Positions 61,885 through 64,000 of a stretch of DNA of 64,000 nt are shown in pieces. Made by a program: the position numbers and the translations under genes. Positions within the stretch are counted from its first letter, which is position 1. Each line of letters starts with the position of its first letter. This DNA comes from Orbicella franksi. Lineage: Eukaryota. Below the pieces are notes generated by a model. That model worked only from the letters and a program-made list of their open reading frames with translations. It had not been told where the DNA came from and did not search any database. The stretch spans positions 32,302,001 to 32,366,000 of the forward strand of contig OZ116701.1 of the NCBI GenBank assembly GCA_964199315.1, in the 5' to 3' direction.

Positions 61885-62030
61885 GCTGTCAGTAACCCAT
61901 TGCTCAACTGTCAGCCAACACATTTCAGTTCACGACTTACCGACACATTGCCGACAGGTTACCAACAGACTACCAACAGTTCACCGACTGTTGGCTGAAT
62001 GTCGGCTGACAGTCATCGGTGTACTTGATA
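61885..62030. repeat. Unclassified repeat of ccgaca/ccaaca motifs between SRF and NRDE2
   Basis: accgacac, gccgacag, accaacag, accgactg and inverted tgtcggctgacag. Confidence 0.5.
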
Positions 62031-62122
62031 AACTCAAATTTTTCTATATCAGGTCTGGCCTGATTTTATCTTTCGCTACAACTTTATATGGGCAGTTTGA
62101 CAGCACCAACTATTTCAGTGCA

Positions 62123-64000
62123 TTAACACTCTTGAAGGAGTTCGATTTCTTCAAGTGGAGCATGTAGCCTGATTTCTTTCTCGGTCATTAAATCGACAAT
62201 GTCTTGAATGTCATCTGGTATATGCTGCACTGCATCCATGTACAAAACCTGAAGTGAATTAACAGAAATTTTGAGAGTTTGTTTTAAGGGCTTGCTTTGG
62301 AAGTGAATTTTAAATAGAAATTTGAGTTTGCTCTCTGTTTCAAACTTCAAAAATTAATGTTTTGGCAGAGACCAATCAAAGATATAAAATGTTTAAGACC
62401 CAGTAATGACCACTATGGTTTTCGTGCATCTGTTATTCTTTCGATTTGCCTGATGGCGAGGTTTCGAGGTTTTCCAATGCTCAACAGTGTGTAATGCATC
62501 CTGGACGAAAATGGGTCTTTAATCTTTCCAGTATCGAAGTTTTTGGCTCAAATCTCATGCACGTCCTCAGAATGTACAATGTTTGCCTGAAAAGCAGACG
62601 TCTTTTCACAGACGAGCGACAGCGGGAAGTACATGTAGACGCGTGTTTGCAGGCTTAAGTCTGTATTTTATGTCAATATTTGCAGGACTAACCAGTTTTA
62701 ATAGTAATAAGATTTGTTATAATTACCTTGGCCCAGGGACAACTCTGGAGAGCCTGGTAGAACACTGACTTGACTTTCTCTTTCCCAAGTTTTGACTAAA
62801 AAGGGAAATTAAAACTGTAAGTGGCAAATTACCAGTAAACCAGAGAGGGAAGTAGATGAAGAAAACTGCCCCAAACCTTCTAAGCCTTGTCATTGTTGTT
62901 GTGCCTTTTAGGGGTAAAATAGCAGCTTTGGTACCTCTTAAGGTGTTCAGCCCTAAAAGGTCCACAGTAGGAGCTTTTGAGGTACGTTTTAGGGTATCAA
63001 GCCAAAAAAAGTCAGTGTGAGTTAATGTGTTGTTTTTGAATTGGTACCTAGCCTCTTAGGGGAGAAAAACGTTTCAAGCCAGGCCCACAAAACAGTTTGT
63101 ACCTCTTAAGGTTTGTTTTCACAATTTCTGACGAGCACCCCTATCCTTTTCATATGGGAATCCGCCCGGGGCTGCATCATGACTTTATTAATTGAATAAT
63201 TGTGTAAATTAAGCACTAAATGGAGTAAGCAAAAAAAAATTTTCAGTTACATACTTCAAATTGCATAAACATCCTCCATAATGCTACACAGTGTCTCCCA
63301 GGAGGAAAGGAGATTGCTCTTTCAAACAAAGAACGTTGACGATGGACTACACCAGTGACTGGAAGAGAAGTAACAGCTGCGGAGATTTCTTGCGAGCCTA
63401 GAGCAGAGAGATCATTGCATTCCATGACTGATACCAGGGACTTAGCCCTAAGCTGCTCATAATAAATTGCAAAGATCCATGGAACAGGTGTGGTGGCCTT
63501 TTGGGCAGCCTTGTCAAGAATCCTTCTGATCTCACCAGTGAGAATTGACTTTGATTCACGCTGAATGTAAAATGAGAGAAACTCAGGATTATCAGGAAAT
63601 TTCTCCAATGCAAAGTGTACAATATTTCTAGTGTCTTTCAGGGGCAGCGTTCTGCCACGCGTGCAGTGAAATCTAAACAGCCTGATGTAAAAGCTTAGAA
63701 TGAGTTCAATGTCCATCTCAAGGAGGTGAACTTGATCACATGAAGCGACTGAAATAATATCATTACACACAGACAATACACCTTGAATACCAGTGCTCAA
63801 GTATTCAAACAAAACACTACAAGCTTCAAGATGAACTGCCAGACTTCCAGAGGCAATGTCGCAGTCAAGCAACTGTCTCTTTTCTTGGGACGACTCAGTT
63901 GTGCCAGTAATTCCTTGGTGGTATTTCTGGTAGATTCTACGAGACTTCAACAGTCGAACAGCAGACACGTCAGCAGTTGATGTATTGGATGTGGAAGGTT
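62123..64000 (-). CDS. NRDE2: NRDE2 (nuclear exosome regulator / nuclear RNAi factor), 3' part only
   Basis: Exons (>64000)-63255, 62795-62727, 62248-62123. C-terminus LFERA..LWRMFMQFE|SKLGKEKVKSVFYQALQSCPWAK|VLYMDAV..IVDLMTEKEIRLHAPLEEIELL matches the NRDE2 C-terminus. Confidence 0.93.
62894..63170 (+). mobile_element. MITE family A copy 5 (NRDE2 intron)
   Basis: Same core blocks; ends cccggg at 63170. Confidence 0.8.

Overview
Eukaryotic, AT-rich, intron-containing genomic DNA. The gene content and repeat landscape look like a cnidarian, probably a stony coral (inference, no search run). No prokaryotic features (operons, CRISPR, rRNA) were seen. Eight spliced genes were reconstructed by hand with consistent splice phases: SAMD4/Smaug (+, 5'-partial), CGRRF1 (-), an L-rhamnose mutarotase (RhaM-family) gene (+), FANCL (+), a stathmin-domain STMND1-like gene (-), SYVN1/HRD1 (-), SRF (+) and the 3' end of NRDE2 (-). 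Introns and intergenic DNA are packed with MITEs, tRNA-derived SINEs, a Kolobok-like element and an intact 1.5-kb Helentron/Helitron2-type element. The most interesting signals are (1) an intron-bearing bacterial-type rhamnose mutarotase sharing a 129-bp head-to-head promoter with CGRRF1, (2) a cluster of CArG boxes in SRF intron 2 plus one just upstream of the SRF ATG, suggesting ancient autoregulation, (3) a composite ERSE/UPRE-II-like element upstream of HRD1, (4) a U12-type intron in CGRRF1, (5) a tRNA-like Pol III cassette that does not fold as a tRNA, and (6) possible deep synteny with one human paralogon. All coordinates were read by eye and may be off by a few bases for repeats.
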